Shown: positions 10,699 to 21,482 of the stretch, piece by piece
Layout of the letters: every line of letters begins with the position of its first letter
Numbering within the stretch: the first letter of the stretch is position 1
Assembly (NCBI GenBank): GCA_000091205.1
Contig: AP006497.2
DNA length: 64,000 nucleotides
Source: Cyanidioschyzon merolae
Lineage: Eukaryota
Direction: 5' to 3' (one strand)
The notes under the pieces: model-generated
What the model was told of the DNA's origin: nothing
Databases searched by the model: none
What the model saw: only the letters and a program-made list of their open reading frames with translations
Program-made: the position numbers and the translations under genes

Positions 10699-13600
10699 GC
10701 GGCCATCATGCGAACTTCACTATCGTACGTCCTGCTTGCAAGATGCGTGCCATTTCCACCCGGTGGACTCCGAGTGCTCTCGATACGTTCGTTGACAAGT
10801 CGGCACGACGAACGATGCCTGCGACCTTTGCTCTGGGATGGAAACTGAGCCGTCTCTGAATGTTGCAGCGGGCAGGGTCGAACGGCGATTTCCAGCACCG
10901 CTTGCAGTGCTGCTCGCTTTGAGGCTGTGACGCGTGCTCCTTTCATAAAGATGACTTTTGTTTCGCTTGGTACTGGGTCCATGGATCGAAGCAGGTTTCC
11001 CCAGAAGTACGGCTGCTGTGGGGATCCGCAATGGTTACCGCCCTTCCCCGAGAAACGTTCCTGTGCTGTCCAGGCACCAGGCCTGTCTTTCTGTCGAGAA
11101 GTTAGATTGCGTCGATGACCGTCCGGGTCAGATGCCTCATAGGTTGTCGCTGGACATGCTGCTGCGCAGGTAGGGTGCACGTCATTGTCTTTGCAGAAAG
11201 GCAAAATTCGGTGAATGCCGACCCTCGCATTCGAAACGGATTTTGGCTCGGTTTCCATATCGAAAACGATGTTCTGCAAGCGAACATCAATAAGTACTGT
11301 GGTGGACGTCTCTGATACCCGATTCGGAGAACGCTGGTGACGAACCTGGCCCTCGTGACTGTTGCTCTGTGTGGATGCTCGCGGTACCGCTTAGCAGGTA
11401 GCATCGCGTGCTGATCGCCAGCGAAGAGGACGAACACTGCACACCTCGTACACATGGTGTGCGTGGTGCCCACTGGAAGTACTGCACTCGTCGAATGCAT
11501 CGTAGACATGGTGCGCATCCTTTTCGTAGAGCACGGTCGATGCATCAACATGAATGATCGCAGAAGCACCGGTGCTGTCCGTAACCAGGAAACACAGTGT
11601 TGTTCTTCCCTGTACGACGCAACGCTAGTACCGCTCCAGTCCAGTGCTCCCCAATGGGGTAGAGGCATGGTGCAGGCAGTCGCCTGCTGGTCGCCGAGTC
11701 TACCGTAAGCGCCTTCTCCGGCATTGCATGCTTTTTCCTAGTCGTCGCACAGAGAAACAGAGAGAGCACCAGAGCACTATCGGGTGATGTCAACAGGGCG
11801 ACAACGCCCATGTACAGGGGCGCGTAGTCCTTCGGGTCTCGGTCTGTATCGACGGGTGCATTCGCGTGTGAGGTCGTCTGCGAACACTGACACATGAATA
11901 GGCCCGGTTCCGCATTCACGTGATATCCGGGCCACTTTGGTTCGATGCAGAGGCTATCGGAGGCATATCGACGGTCGCCGAGGTCTGCTGCACAACGCTG
12001 CGACTATAGAGCGGTGGTATCGCGACGTCCGCAGGACGCAAAGCATTGGCTCCAGAAGAGGCAAACGCATACGAGTGTGTGGGCGTTACCTCCGAGCGGC
12101 GACAGCGAATCCTCAGGGACAGGCGTACGCTTCGCTGATCACGCTGCAAAGGAAACACAGCGAGTATGCACTGGCGACCGTCAAGGACGCGTGACCTCGA
12201 GAATTTTCGTGTGCGATACCGCACGACGATACTCCCGTCGCTCTGCATTCTCGACAACCATGATATCCAGAATTTACCCAGGCAAGGATCCACGACGACA
12301 GCCTATCTCCCTGTCTGCGTGCTTCCGTGAATCAGCGACATACGCCAGGCACGATCGTTCACAGGCATTGAAGCAATCATCAACACCTTGGCTGGTAACC
12401 TACCCGTTCCAAACATGGAACAATTCTTCACATCTAGATTTTGTTCTTGTGGCGGTTTTGTTTCCGCCTCTTTCGGTGTTTGTGTTTGTTCATTTTCAAC
12501 TTGCGTTTTTTCAAAACGGAGGCGCAGTCCATGTTGGCCTCATCTTCGAGGCAGGTGAGCTTGCATTGTGACTCTCGCGAGCCCTGAAGACCCGCAGATA
12601 TCCATCGTCGAGACGAGTCGTATCCTGCGCAGAGCAACAATGTCAAGTCCAGCCTGGAAAGCGGTTGAGCGAACGGAGCCTTCGATGCGTAAACCTCGGG
12701 TACCGGTGACCCGGGCGCTATCCAACAGTCGTTGCCGACCGCCGGGCTGTGGAGCCTGGTTACAGTCCTTGGGCCAGTACGGGTGAGACCGTCCAAAGGA
12801 AAGCGTGTTCCCCTGCGAGTGCAGTTGCAAGGTGGTGCTTGCTTGAGGAACTGTGGCCAGAAAGCGAGCAGGTTCCAACGCCAAGCTCGCAGGAGGAGGT
12901 CACGCATCCGACACGCTGCACCAGCCACCCGGTCCTTCGGGATAGAACACGGCCTTTACCCGATAAGCGGCAACGCGATCAAGCTAGTTGGTCCACCTTT
13001 GTATTTCTACAAGGGTCTGGGCCCTACCGCACGCTGTGACACGCCACAGGTGCCACGTCTTCGTCCGCTCCAAGTGCCAACGCCGTGCACCAAACCGGGT
13101 AGACGTTATCCAGGCAGCGGGTACGGACTGCACAACGCAATAGCGGTTTATGCGAAGTGAAAGCTCGTCGCCCTAAACAGAGAACGTAGAAGAGAACGGC
13201 TGTGCGCTTTGCACCCGCGCTCGAGAGTACACACGACAGGCGTGTCAGGTGGAAATGGATTAGTTCCCGTCTTTCGATTTTTTCTGAACTTCCGTCTGGA
13301 TGGACAGCCCCGGTAATCGAAAAGCCAAAATAGAGGCTTATGGATGCACACGTAGTTTCAGGATTCTGCGTCGCGTTCTTTTTTTCCGGAATAACTGCCT
13401 CGACGCTGTGTCGGAGGCATTCGTTAGGTCACTGGTGTCAACTTGTGTCTCAAGGCGCTCGAACTAGGATTCGTAAAATGACCGATATCATTACCCGATT
13501 CATACGAACAAGTGTCCACCCTGCTCCTATATTTGTCCAGCATGCTCCATTCATGCATTCTTTGGTTTTCCAATTTTTCCAGTCCAAGGCAACAAGTGGG

Positions 13601-14129
13601 TGCAGCTGTTTGCGATAGCGGATTAACGAGGTTCGATGATCGTCGGCATCGTTCCTCGAGGACTTGTTCAACGGTTCGCGTCAAAATGCCACTGAACCCT
13701 GTAATGTCAAATGACAGGTTCCGTTTGGAAAACAAAGCCTTCTCTCTTTCTGGCCATCTCCGAGATGCCATTCGACATCAGCATGGTATCTACCTTGGAA
13801 AATGCTCGCAGAGGCGCCCGTCTCTTCTGTTTATATGGAACAGAGTCTTGCACTCGGCCTTGATTCGTCTTGGCGATCGCTGGCAGAGGAGCGGGCGTCA
13901 CAAGTTTGCACGAAGACAGCGTCGAAAGATCGAGATTTCTCGATATCACCTCTGGGCCAGATATCCCTTCCTTCACCTGTCCCTTGACGTGTACCGCCAC
14001 GTTCCTGAAACCCTTTATCGACTGGAACAGCGTTCGTTTGCTTGTACAGCGGACTGTGTACACGTCGAGCGGATCATCAAGAAGAAACCCTTAATGGTAT
14101 CGTTCAGCACCGGGCGTGGGAGCGGAGAA

Positions 14130-14230
14130 GAGAATCGGTGCGAGCCTTCTGTACCCGTCAAGGGCATCTGCCGAGCGATAATGAGAGCGTTCACGCGCCA
14201 AAGAGCAAGCCCCTGAGGAGAATGTGTTGT
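14130..14230 (+). repeat. ~100-bp segment of a second dispersed repeat (family B), also present at 23670-23760
   Basis: gtcaagggcatctg[c/t]cgagcga…agcgttcacgcgcc shared between the two loci. ORF peptides VKGICRAIMRAFTRQRA vs VKGICRATKRAFTRRRA and, on the opposite strand, RVNALIIARQMPLTGTEG vs RVNARFVARQMPLTYTVCSG. Confidence 0.6.
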
Positions 14231-15952
14231 TGTTGGCATGTGGAAAGACCTGACCACAGGCATCTATAATCGCCTCGATGGGCGTCCTGCGGCTGTATAC
14301 AACGAAGATGAAAACATGGCAAGCGAAGCGTAGGTCGTAACCCCCCTCTGTTCATGACATGCATCGGCAGTAGCCGGAAGCAGCGTACTCGGGGCTTTGA
14401 CGCAACCATCAGCAACCTTCGGCTGCTCCCGATGGAGCTGGGGCGAAACGAGACACCAGCATATTCAAAGCTGTACATTCGGAAAAAGAAGCAGTCGCAG
14501 AAAAACCCCGTAAAGGTTGGCGTTCATGAAACTGGGAACAAACCCAGCCTTTAGAATGTACGTGCGAGTTAGAGGAACCGTCCAATTGTTATGCTCCTAA
14601 ATCTATAGATACGAAGAGTGTCTCCTCATTTTCGCATTGTGATTGAACAAAGTGAACGCTAGTGTAGACGGACAGGTCAGCTGCTCTCTTTCGGTTCGCA
14701 GCTGGTTCCGTATTCTCACCAGCCTGACGTTCATTTGCTGTATGAACTTGTTTGCTCCCAGAGTAGCGTTTATGTATCGGTACCAGCTATTCGTATCTGC
14801 TTTCGAGCGGGTGTTTCAGCAGGTCAACTGCGAGGGTGTGCGGATCCCGCTGCAGCTAACGGGTTTCCGCACTGCACTTGAGCCGTCGCAAACTTGCCAA
14901 TAAACCGTCAGCCGCTGGTTCGAATGCTTCCGGACTCCAGCAGGTAGCCCTCTGTTCGCGCGCGTCCTGCACTGCATTCGCTGGTATCATATGCGGCGGG
15001 CGTACCAGGGACGTTTTGGACAGAGAATGACGGCTTGAGCGGAAACGAACCCCCGACGACGGGCCCGAGCGTGCACAGTCGTGGAATGTTGGATCGCGAT
15101 ACCTCGACGATCGCTCTTTGGCAGGGTTGCGAGACTTTCCTCGCCGCTTTGTACTGTCGAGACAACAGCTGGATACTCGGTCACAACCCTGGACTTGAAT
15201 GCTGCATTCGTCAGGACAACGACAATGCAGCCAGCGTGCGCATGAGGCACCGAGAAGCCACAAATCGCTCCGAAAGTACCGACATACACGGAACTCGCCG
15301 ACTCGGTGCAGTACCGCGAAAAAGGCCCTCGCTTCGGTGCACCATCATGTGAATGCGTTCACGACGAGAACATAAGTACAAGACCCAGTACCAAAAGAAC
15401 TTGGTGCCTACACTGAAAGCTCGTTATCGAAGTCGCAAAATCAGCGCCTCAAGCTCTCACTTGGATGAATGTCCGAATGAACTGGGCATTTGCCTCCATC
15501 CTGGACGCGTCTCTATCGGTTCAACGTGAGAGCATATGCATACGCTCACTGGGCCGCGCTCCTTCAACGACGGCAACAAGACCTGGTCAATGAGTACTCG
15601 TGCCTGTGCAGCCCTGATTCCACACGAGACCACAATCGTCCATTTTCGGGCTCTTCACCCAGGACAAGGTATCTTCAAGACGCCATGCACAGAGAGGGCA
15701 AGCGCAGCGACGCAGCGTGCATCCATCTGGAGAAAGAAAATGGAATGCTCGCCTGTACCGGCATCAGCTGCATCCACCGAGAATGCCCTCGCCACTCAAC
15801 CGAACGATCGAGCTGTGGTACGCCATTGCGAGCCTTCAACAGAGACTCGGATCGTTGCTTACGGCATCGCACACGATTTCATCGCGAGCCAGTACTCCTT
15901 GTGACTCTGGCTCGACATGCAGCGTTCAGCTGCTCTGCTGTGCGGATGTTAG

Positions 15953-17041
15953 TTACCCAACACTGTCAGATGGTGCCGGTGTCATCGATGATGGTTGCGC
16001 ATCTTGGGACGCTCTTCGTAGCTGATGTTGTCGTTTCAGTAAATACTTTTGCAGGTGACTTCGTACTTGCTTGTTGTCACGCGTTCCAATGCGTTCGCTC
16101 ATAAGGCTTACATTGTATCGGCCATCCTCTGTTCGGCAGGATGGATCGTGAACAAGTTCGAGAAACTTGGCATGCTCCTCAGGTGTCCAGTGGCGATTCA
16201 TCGTTTCCGAACGGATGCGCTTTCTTCGAATGCTACCTGCTGTGGGCGTCTCCGAGGGTGCCTCCAGGGCATCCTTTCTGGCCATGGCAGCAGCACCGAT
16301 TGCCATCTTTGCTGCAATGCTGGCTGCTGCATTGGAGCCCACGTGGCGCGGAATCTGTGCCCGAGCTTGCAGCTCCTGTGCAGCAGCTGCTTTTTCTGTA
16401 GCGGCGATGGTATTCGCCGCAGCGATGCCTGCTAACCCAGGTGTATTGGCCGGTTGATGGTCCGCCACTGTCGCCAGATATACCAGGTTGGCATGCAGAC
16501 GGCTTCCTAGTGCTGCGCAGTGTTCAATACGGCCCAGTTCTTGTGCAGCGCATATGGCCCGAATCAAGTCATAGTTTTCATCCAAAATAAGTTGAATAGC
16601 GTCCGTCGTGAGCAGCGGAAACGGCGGTCGTGTCGTTGGGTTTTGGAGCGTCGATAACAGATGCGCCGCTGCCTGCTGCTGGGTCGTGACGCCTTCCCCG
16701 TCGCGCGGTGTGGCGCCCCCCGCTGCGGAGCACTGACTCCTGGACCTCGTGCCCGTCGAAGTGTCCATTTCTAACGTTATATGCTCTGTCACAACGTCTT
16801 CATGAACACTAGGCGACGAGGACGTTGCACAAAAAGACGTCGCCGTCAAAGTAGGTGTTTGCTGACCTCCTGACCCGTGAGCCGCAGCACCGGGAGCACT
16901 GCCGTTGTCCATAAGCGCTCTGAGAAATCCAAGACCAGACAAGGTCAGAGGACAGCTCCCAGTGCGGCTTCTTTCACGCGACAAGAGGCCTGAGCGGAAA
17001 ACCTTGGATAGAGCCCTGCAATCGCACCGGCGCCGCTGCAA
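15953..17041 (-). CDS. putative transcription regulator combining an SSXT/SNH (SS18/GIF-type) domain with a SHAQKYF-class MYB/SANT DNA-binding domain; A/Q-rich linker
   Basis: SNH-like: DAIQLILDENYDLIRAICAAQELGRIEHCAALGSRLHANLVYLATVADHQ (cf. IQKMLDENNHLIQCI…QQILHRNLVYLATIAD). MYB: NRHWTPEEHAKFLELV…IGTRDNKQVRSHLQKYLLK (cf. W-EEEH-FLEAL…IGTKT-QIRSHAQKYF). True start may be an internal Met. Confidence 0.65.
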   Translation of the reverse strand: MQRRRCDCRALSKVFRSGLLSRERSRTGSCPLTLSGLGFLRALMDNGSAPGAAAHGSGGQQTPTLTATSFCATSSSPSVHEDVVTEHITLEMDTSTGTRSRSQCSAAGGATPRDGEGVTTQQQAAAHLLSTLQNPTTRPPFPLLTTDAIQLILDENYDLIRAICAAQELGRIEHCAALGSRLHANLVYLATVADHQPANTPGLAGIAAANTIAATEKAAAAQELQARAQIPRHVGSNAAASIAAKMAIGAAAMARKDALEAPSETPTAGSIRRKRIRSETMNRHWTPEEHAKFLELVHDPSCRTEDGRYNVSLMSERIGTRDNKQVRSHLQKYLLKRQHQLRRASQDAQPSSMTPAPSDSVG

Positions 17042-17499
17042 GGCGTCTACGCGACGTCAAACAGACAGTGCGCGAGCTCGCACCTGTAGCTTAACTTGAG
17101 CACGTCACGCTTGATGAGTGCGTAACCAGCTGGGTCAACTGCCCCGGCTCTGCTGGTACCGCAACACGAACGCGTAACGAACGAATGAATAAATGCAGGA
17201 AATGAAAATGTGCGCATTGCGCGCCACTAGGCAGCGCCAGGCGTACCAAGCGCGTACTGTAAAGAAAAAAAGAACAGAAACGAAACAGTAACTAGCAACG
17301 AGATAACATTTTCTTTCCCGTCTAGGACAAGCCTTAAAAGGGAGAAGAGGTTTCCGGGTTATCGAACGTTTCCTTCCTAGACGGAAGGCCCGCGATCCGG
17401 ACGAGTGTGCTGGGCTCGTGCTTCATGCTCTCTCCGGTTGCGGGCGCTGTAGTGAGATCTGAGCAGCTCCTCCGCAACGCAGTTTATTCTAGGAGCGGA

Positions 17500-17910
17500 C
17501 TACTGCATGTGGGCGTCGCGCTGGTCGCAATGGACTCCCAGTCCATCGCTCCCTGCCACCGCAGGCAACAGGTCTGTCTGCGCATTTCGCAGGATCCCAA
17601 CATGTTATTGAACCCCGATTCTGTGTCGGGTGAAGCATTCCGTGATTCGGCGCCCTCAGCGGTATGAAAAAGCCCTCCAGTCGCCGTGATGCACCTGTTC
17701 CAGCGGTGTAGGCGATATGGCTGGAGCTCAAAGCAGGCTCAGTGAACGATAGAACGTACTGAACGACCAGTACATCCGAAAGAAAGTACAAGTAATGGAA
17801 CGTGGAGAGAGGGTGCAACATGGTAGTCGTTTTACCGATCATCAAATTCCATACCGCATCCCGGAACATACGTGGTCAATGGAAATCTTTTGTCATCGGA
17901 AAGAGAATAC
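17500..17910 (+). repeat. 5'-truncated LINE family A copy (A3), arranged head-to-tail with A4
   Basis: …gggcgtcgcgctggtc…; NMLLNPDSVSGEAF; acgaccagtacatccgaaag…ggtcaatggaaatcttttgtcatcggaaagag tail. Confidence 0.7.
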
Positions 17911-17914
17911 CTTC

Positions 17915-18470
17915 TAGGCAAAAGGTCCAGCGAATCGGATGCGCATACGGGTTTCGTGCGCTTTCTGTGCTTACCTTCTGTGGTGGGTGTCACGCACAAA
18001 CCCGCATTGCCAACCGACAACAATGCATTCCATGCATGATCACGAAGGAGAGAGGCCGCTCCCAGGATATATCCTAACAGCCAAGTTTCTCCAGGGTGTC
18101 GTGCAGCGAAGACAAGCCTGCATCCGCAGACTCTCCGAGCACGAACAGACGATGAGACCCGATTCTACGTCGGATGAACCACGCCTCAAGCCGACGCCCT
18201 CTGTAGTATAGCAACGCCGTTCTGTCTCCGTGCAGCGACCGCACCGGCGCTATAGGCGCTATTGCTGTCGCTTTCGGCAGGCTCGGCACACGATAGGACG
18301 TATGAAACGACCAGAATATCTGAGACGAAGTATAGGTAATGGATCTTGAGTGTAGGGGGTTGATGGATACCTCATTGCGCACTGAAAAAAAGAGAAAAAA
18401 GTAAGAAAAGAAAAATGCACATTATCGGAGAACGCTGGTCCATGGAAACGTTTTGTCAATGAAAAAGAAA
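17915..18470 (+). repeat. 5'-truncated LINE family A copy (A4) retaining ~90 codons of the RT C-terminus plus the 3' tail; ends 99 bp upstream of the cyclophilin ATG
   Basis: near-identical to 6752-7300 (…ggtccagcgaatcggatgcg…gtgggtgtca[a/c]gcacaaacccgcattgccaaccgacaaca…gtcaatgaaaaag). Confidence 0.85.
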
Positions 18471-18568
18471 TCGCAAAGAGAATCGCCGTAGCGTGCAGCG
18501 CGTCGATTGCGCATATCTATTTCGACGTGCTCCTGCTGCTTTTGGCTGTTAAAGTGCTCGCCACTGCT

Positions 18569-19075
18569 ATGCCGAACCCACGTGTGTATCTCGATATAGA
18601 AATCAACAAAAGCCCTGCAGGCAAGATCGTTTGCGAGTTGTTCGCTGATACCGTGCCGAAGACAGCTGAAAACTTCCGGCAGTTCTGTACGGGAGAGTCG
18701 AAAAAGGCGGCAGGGGGAAGCTACGAAGGGTGTCCTTTCCATAGGATCATTCCCGGTTTCATGATGCAAGGCGGAGACTACGAGAGAAAGAACGGCACTG
18801 GAGGGCGGAGCATCTACGGTGGCAAGTTTCCGGACGAGAACTTTACGCATCGGCACACCGGACGGGGGTTGCTCTCCATGGCAAATGCAGGCAAGGACAC
18901 GAATGGTAGCCAGTTTTTCATCACGTTCGCGCAAACGCCTTGGCTTGACGGGAAGCACGTCGTTTTTGGGAAAGTTGTTGAAGGGCTCGAGGTCCTTGAC
19001 AAGGTCGAGGCTGTAGGGAGTCGCTCGGGGACACCCACCGCAAGTGTGGTGATCGCATCCTGTGGCCAGCTGTGA
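18569..19075 (+). CDS. cyclophilin-type peptidyl-prolyl cis-trans isomerase
   Basis: [12 protein letters not shown]…[19 protein letters not shown]…[22 protein letters not shown]…GTGGRSIYG…[24 protein letters not shown]…[12 protein letters not shown]; ends …ASCGQL-TGA as in CypA. Confidence 0.92.
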   Translation: MPNPRVYLDIEINKSPAGKIVCELFADTVPKTAENFRQFCTGESKKAAGGSYEGCPFHRIIPGFMMQGGDYERKNGTGGRSIYGGKFPDENFTHRHTGRGLLSMANAGKDTNGSQFFITFAQTPWLDGKHVVFGKVVEGLEVLDKVEAVGSRSGTPTASVVIASCGQL

Positions 19076-20913
19076 GCGTGTATCGTGTCTGAACCGTCCG
19101 TCTTCTTGACGCAGAGGTTGCCACTGACCATCCAGGATACTCTAATACATAAAGGACAAGTGTAATATCCGAATGAGCTTGTCAGACGCAGGTCGGTCGC
19201 GGAGTGTGACGCTTGTCGCGCCCCTCCGTGCAAGGTTCAGCGATATCGCCACAAGCGTTCCACTAGCGGGCGTTTATGTTTGCCGTGGCCTGCTTCACCA
19301 TGCAGTCATTACCATTTGTCATGGTGATCCTAAAACCTCATTGGTGGTGTCGACTCTGGCATGCGCTGATTCTATAGCAAAGTATCTCGTCTAGGGCGCA
19401 TGCCCGACTGAAAAAGATTTCAAAACGAGGCCGGACCGATGATCCCGACCATAAACGTCCCGGATGGGCTCATATCGCCTGCAACCAAAAAACTTATGTC
19501 AGCGACGCAGCCGTCACCTGAACGCTCTGCGAACAATGGAACCAGGTTGCGCCAAAGGTCGTAGACCTGACGGATCCAAAGACCCTGCAACTGCCGAGCC
19601 TATGAAGAGGTCGCCCGGATTCGGAACCGCTGTTCTGCGGATGCCCACCCGAGGGACAGCACCGGCAGCGGCAAACCGTTTCTTCATCAGGCAATGCTTG
19701 GTACAGGCGTACGAGCCATGCTGAGCTGCTAACGAAAAGCTCGGCAATTTGACAGAGCCGCTGCCGCCGCGGACAATGGTTGCGCGCCTGATGCATAGAG
19801 TCATCATGATTTGGCGTCGTTTTCACCTATGTCTGAACTCGACGCCTCTTGACCCGGGATTCCTCTGAATGGATGTCGGACGGAGCTCCGCGCAAGCACA
19901 TGCTGCAGCCCAGAACGCGCGATGCCAGCAGCAGCGCGACCCCGCACCAGTGTACGCTCAGCGCGTACGAGGCGTGGCTCGGGGACGCTGCGTCGCGCTT
20001 TCCCCAGTCAGGCCAGTTATCCGCCGTTTTTTCCAGTCGTCATCCGTTGGCAGCAGCTCATGTGCATCATTCCCAGACATATACAAAGTATCTGGAACCA
20101 GTCCTGCAAAAAGATAGTCAATTCGATGCTCACGTGACTCGCGTATCGCTCTAGCAATAGTATCGCAGATCGGGGCTCCCGGTAGCGTTGGTGCTGCACC
20201 CGCAACTCGGGGTCTCTATTTCTCGATGGATGAGAAGGAAACGAGTGCGTGTCGCAGCTCCTGAAAGAACGCACGATCTCCGACATATCAGCGAATCCAT
20301 TCAGTAGGCATACGGGTTTCATCCCATGATCCGCTCGCAAACAGCTATCCTAGCAGTATGCGCCTAGCGCTCGAACGATGCAGCTTCGTGCTGGTTCGCG
20401 TCCATGCTCCAGGAAAGCGCGCACAGGGCGCAAGGCGATCGACGACCTTCGACCCGCTACGATGGCGCGTACAGCGCACACTGTCACGTGACCGAACGCC
20501 ACACATCGGCGTGATCGCCGTCTGCGCTGCGCCCGTGCTATCGCCGCCGTTGTGCACGACGGCAGCGTACGGATGGTTGGGGCGTAAATGTACATGGATG
20601 TTTATGAAGATACAAGAATTGGGGAGGGATACGTTTGAAGATACTGGAATTAATGTCGAGGGCGGAGGCCGGGCGCGCAGTGTCCCTTCCGCTGCGCCGC
20701 GCCGCGCCGCCCCGCCCGACCTGCTTCGCTACGCGCAAGTGCAACGATCGCTAAGCGCTTGTTGCGACCTTGGCATTCGCTCAACGTACCTGGAGGGGCA
20801 GGGCACTCAGTGGGTCTGCTCCTTTGATTGCGCTTTTGCGCGGAGAGTACCCGAGTACACTTCGGTTTCTGCTGTCGGTTCTGAGTCTTCCGTGGGCATT
20901 GTTGAACTGGTCT

Positions 20914-21459
20914 ATGCCGTTTAAACAATATGTTGTTGTGGGCAGGCGGTTGCCGGAACAGCAGCTCGTCAAGGGCGCAGTGGACGACACGCTCTACAAG
21001 ATGGTTATTTACGCGCCAGATCCTGTTAAGGCAAAGTCGAAATACTACTACTTTCTGTCGCAGCTACTGAAAACAAAGCGATCAACTGCGGAAGTGGTGG
21101 CTATTACGGAGGTCAAGGAGCGCGACACGACGCGCGTGAAGAACTACACCATTTGGTTGCGGTATCGGAGCCGCACCGGCCAGGTGAATATGCTGAAGGA
21201 GACTCGTGCAACATCTGTTGCCGGAGCAGTCGAGAATATATACCAAGAGATGGCTGGGAGGCACCGGGCACGAGCTGAGTCCATTCAGATTCTCCGCGTT
21301 CAGGAGACGCCAAGCAGTCAGTGCAAGCGTCCGGCAACGCTACAGCTTATTGACCCGCAGCTTCGATTTCCACTGCCTCGTCAACGCCAGAGAGCATCGA
21401 AGCAATCGCTTCGAACAACGTTCAAGGCGAAACTACCGGTGACCACGATAACCAAGTGA
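20914..21459 (+). CDS. RPL18A: 60S ribosomal protein L18a (eL20)
   Basis: FKQYVVVGRRLP…LYKMVIYAPDPVKAKSKYYYFLSQL…VKNYTIWLRYRSRTGQVNMLKETRATSVAGAVENIYQEMAGRHRARAESIQI…CKRPA…QLRFPLP aligns along its full length to eL20; intronless. Confidence 0.93.
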   Translation: MPFKQYVVVGRRLPEQQLVKGAVDDTLYKMVIYAPDPVKAKSKYYYFLSQLLKTKRSTAEVVAITEVKERDTTRVKNYTIWLRYRSRTGQVNMLKETRATSVAGAVENIYQEMAGRHRARAESIQILRVQETPSSQCKRPATLQLIDPQLRFPLPRQRQRASKQSLRTTFKAKLPVTTITK

Positions 21460-21482
21460 GAACAGCTCGGCAAACAGCTAGT

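Noticed and set aside
10617-11668. Two overlapping minus-strand ORFs (220 and 188 aa) downstream of VPS22
   Set aside because: No recognisable domain. A Cys-rich stretch (FCKDNDVHPTCAAAC) is suggestive of a zinc ribbon, but I cannot assign it. The frames differ, and the first ORF overlaps the VPS22 3' end. Left unannotated.
19100-20700. Possible snoRNA/snRNA in the gene-free stretch (weak C-box/D-box-like GGTGATCC…CTGA around 19320-19370)
   Set aside because: Spacing (~40 nt) is too short and there are no terminal stems; not supportable.
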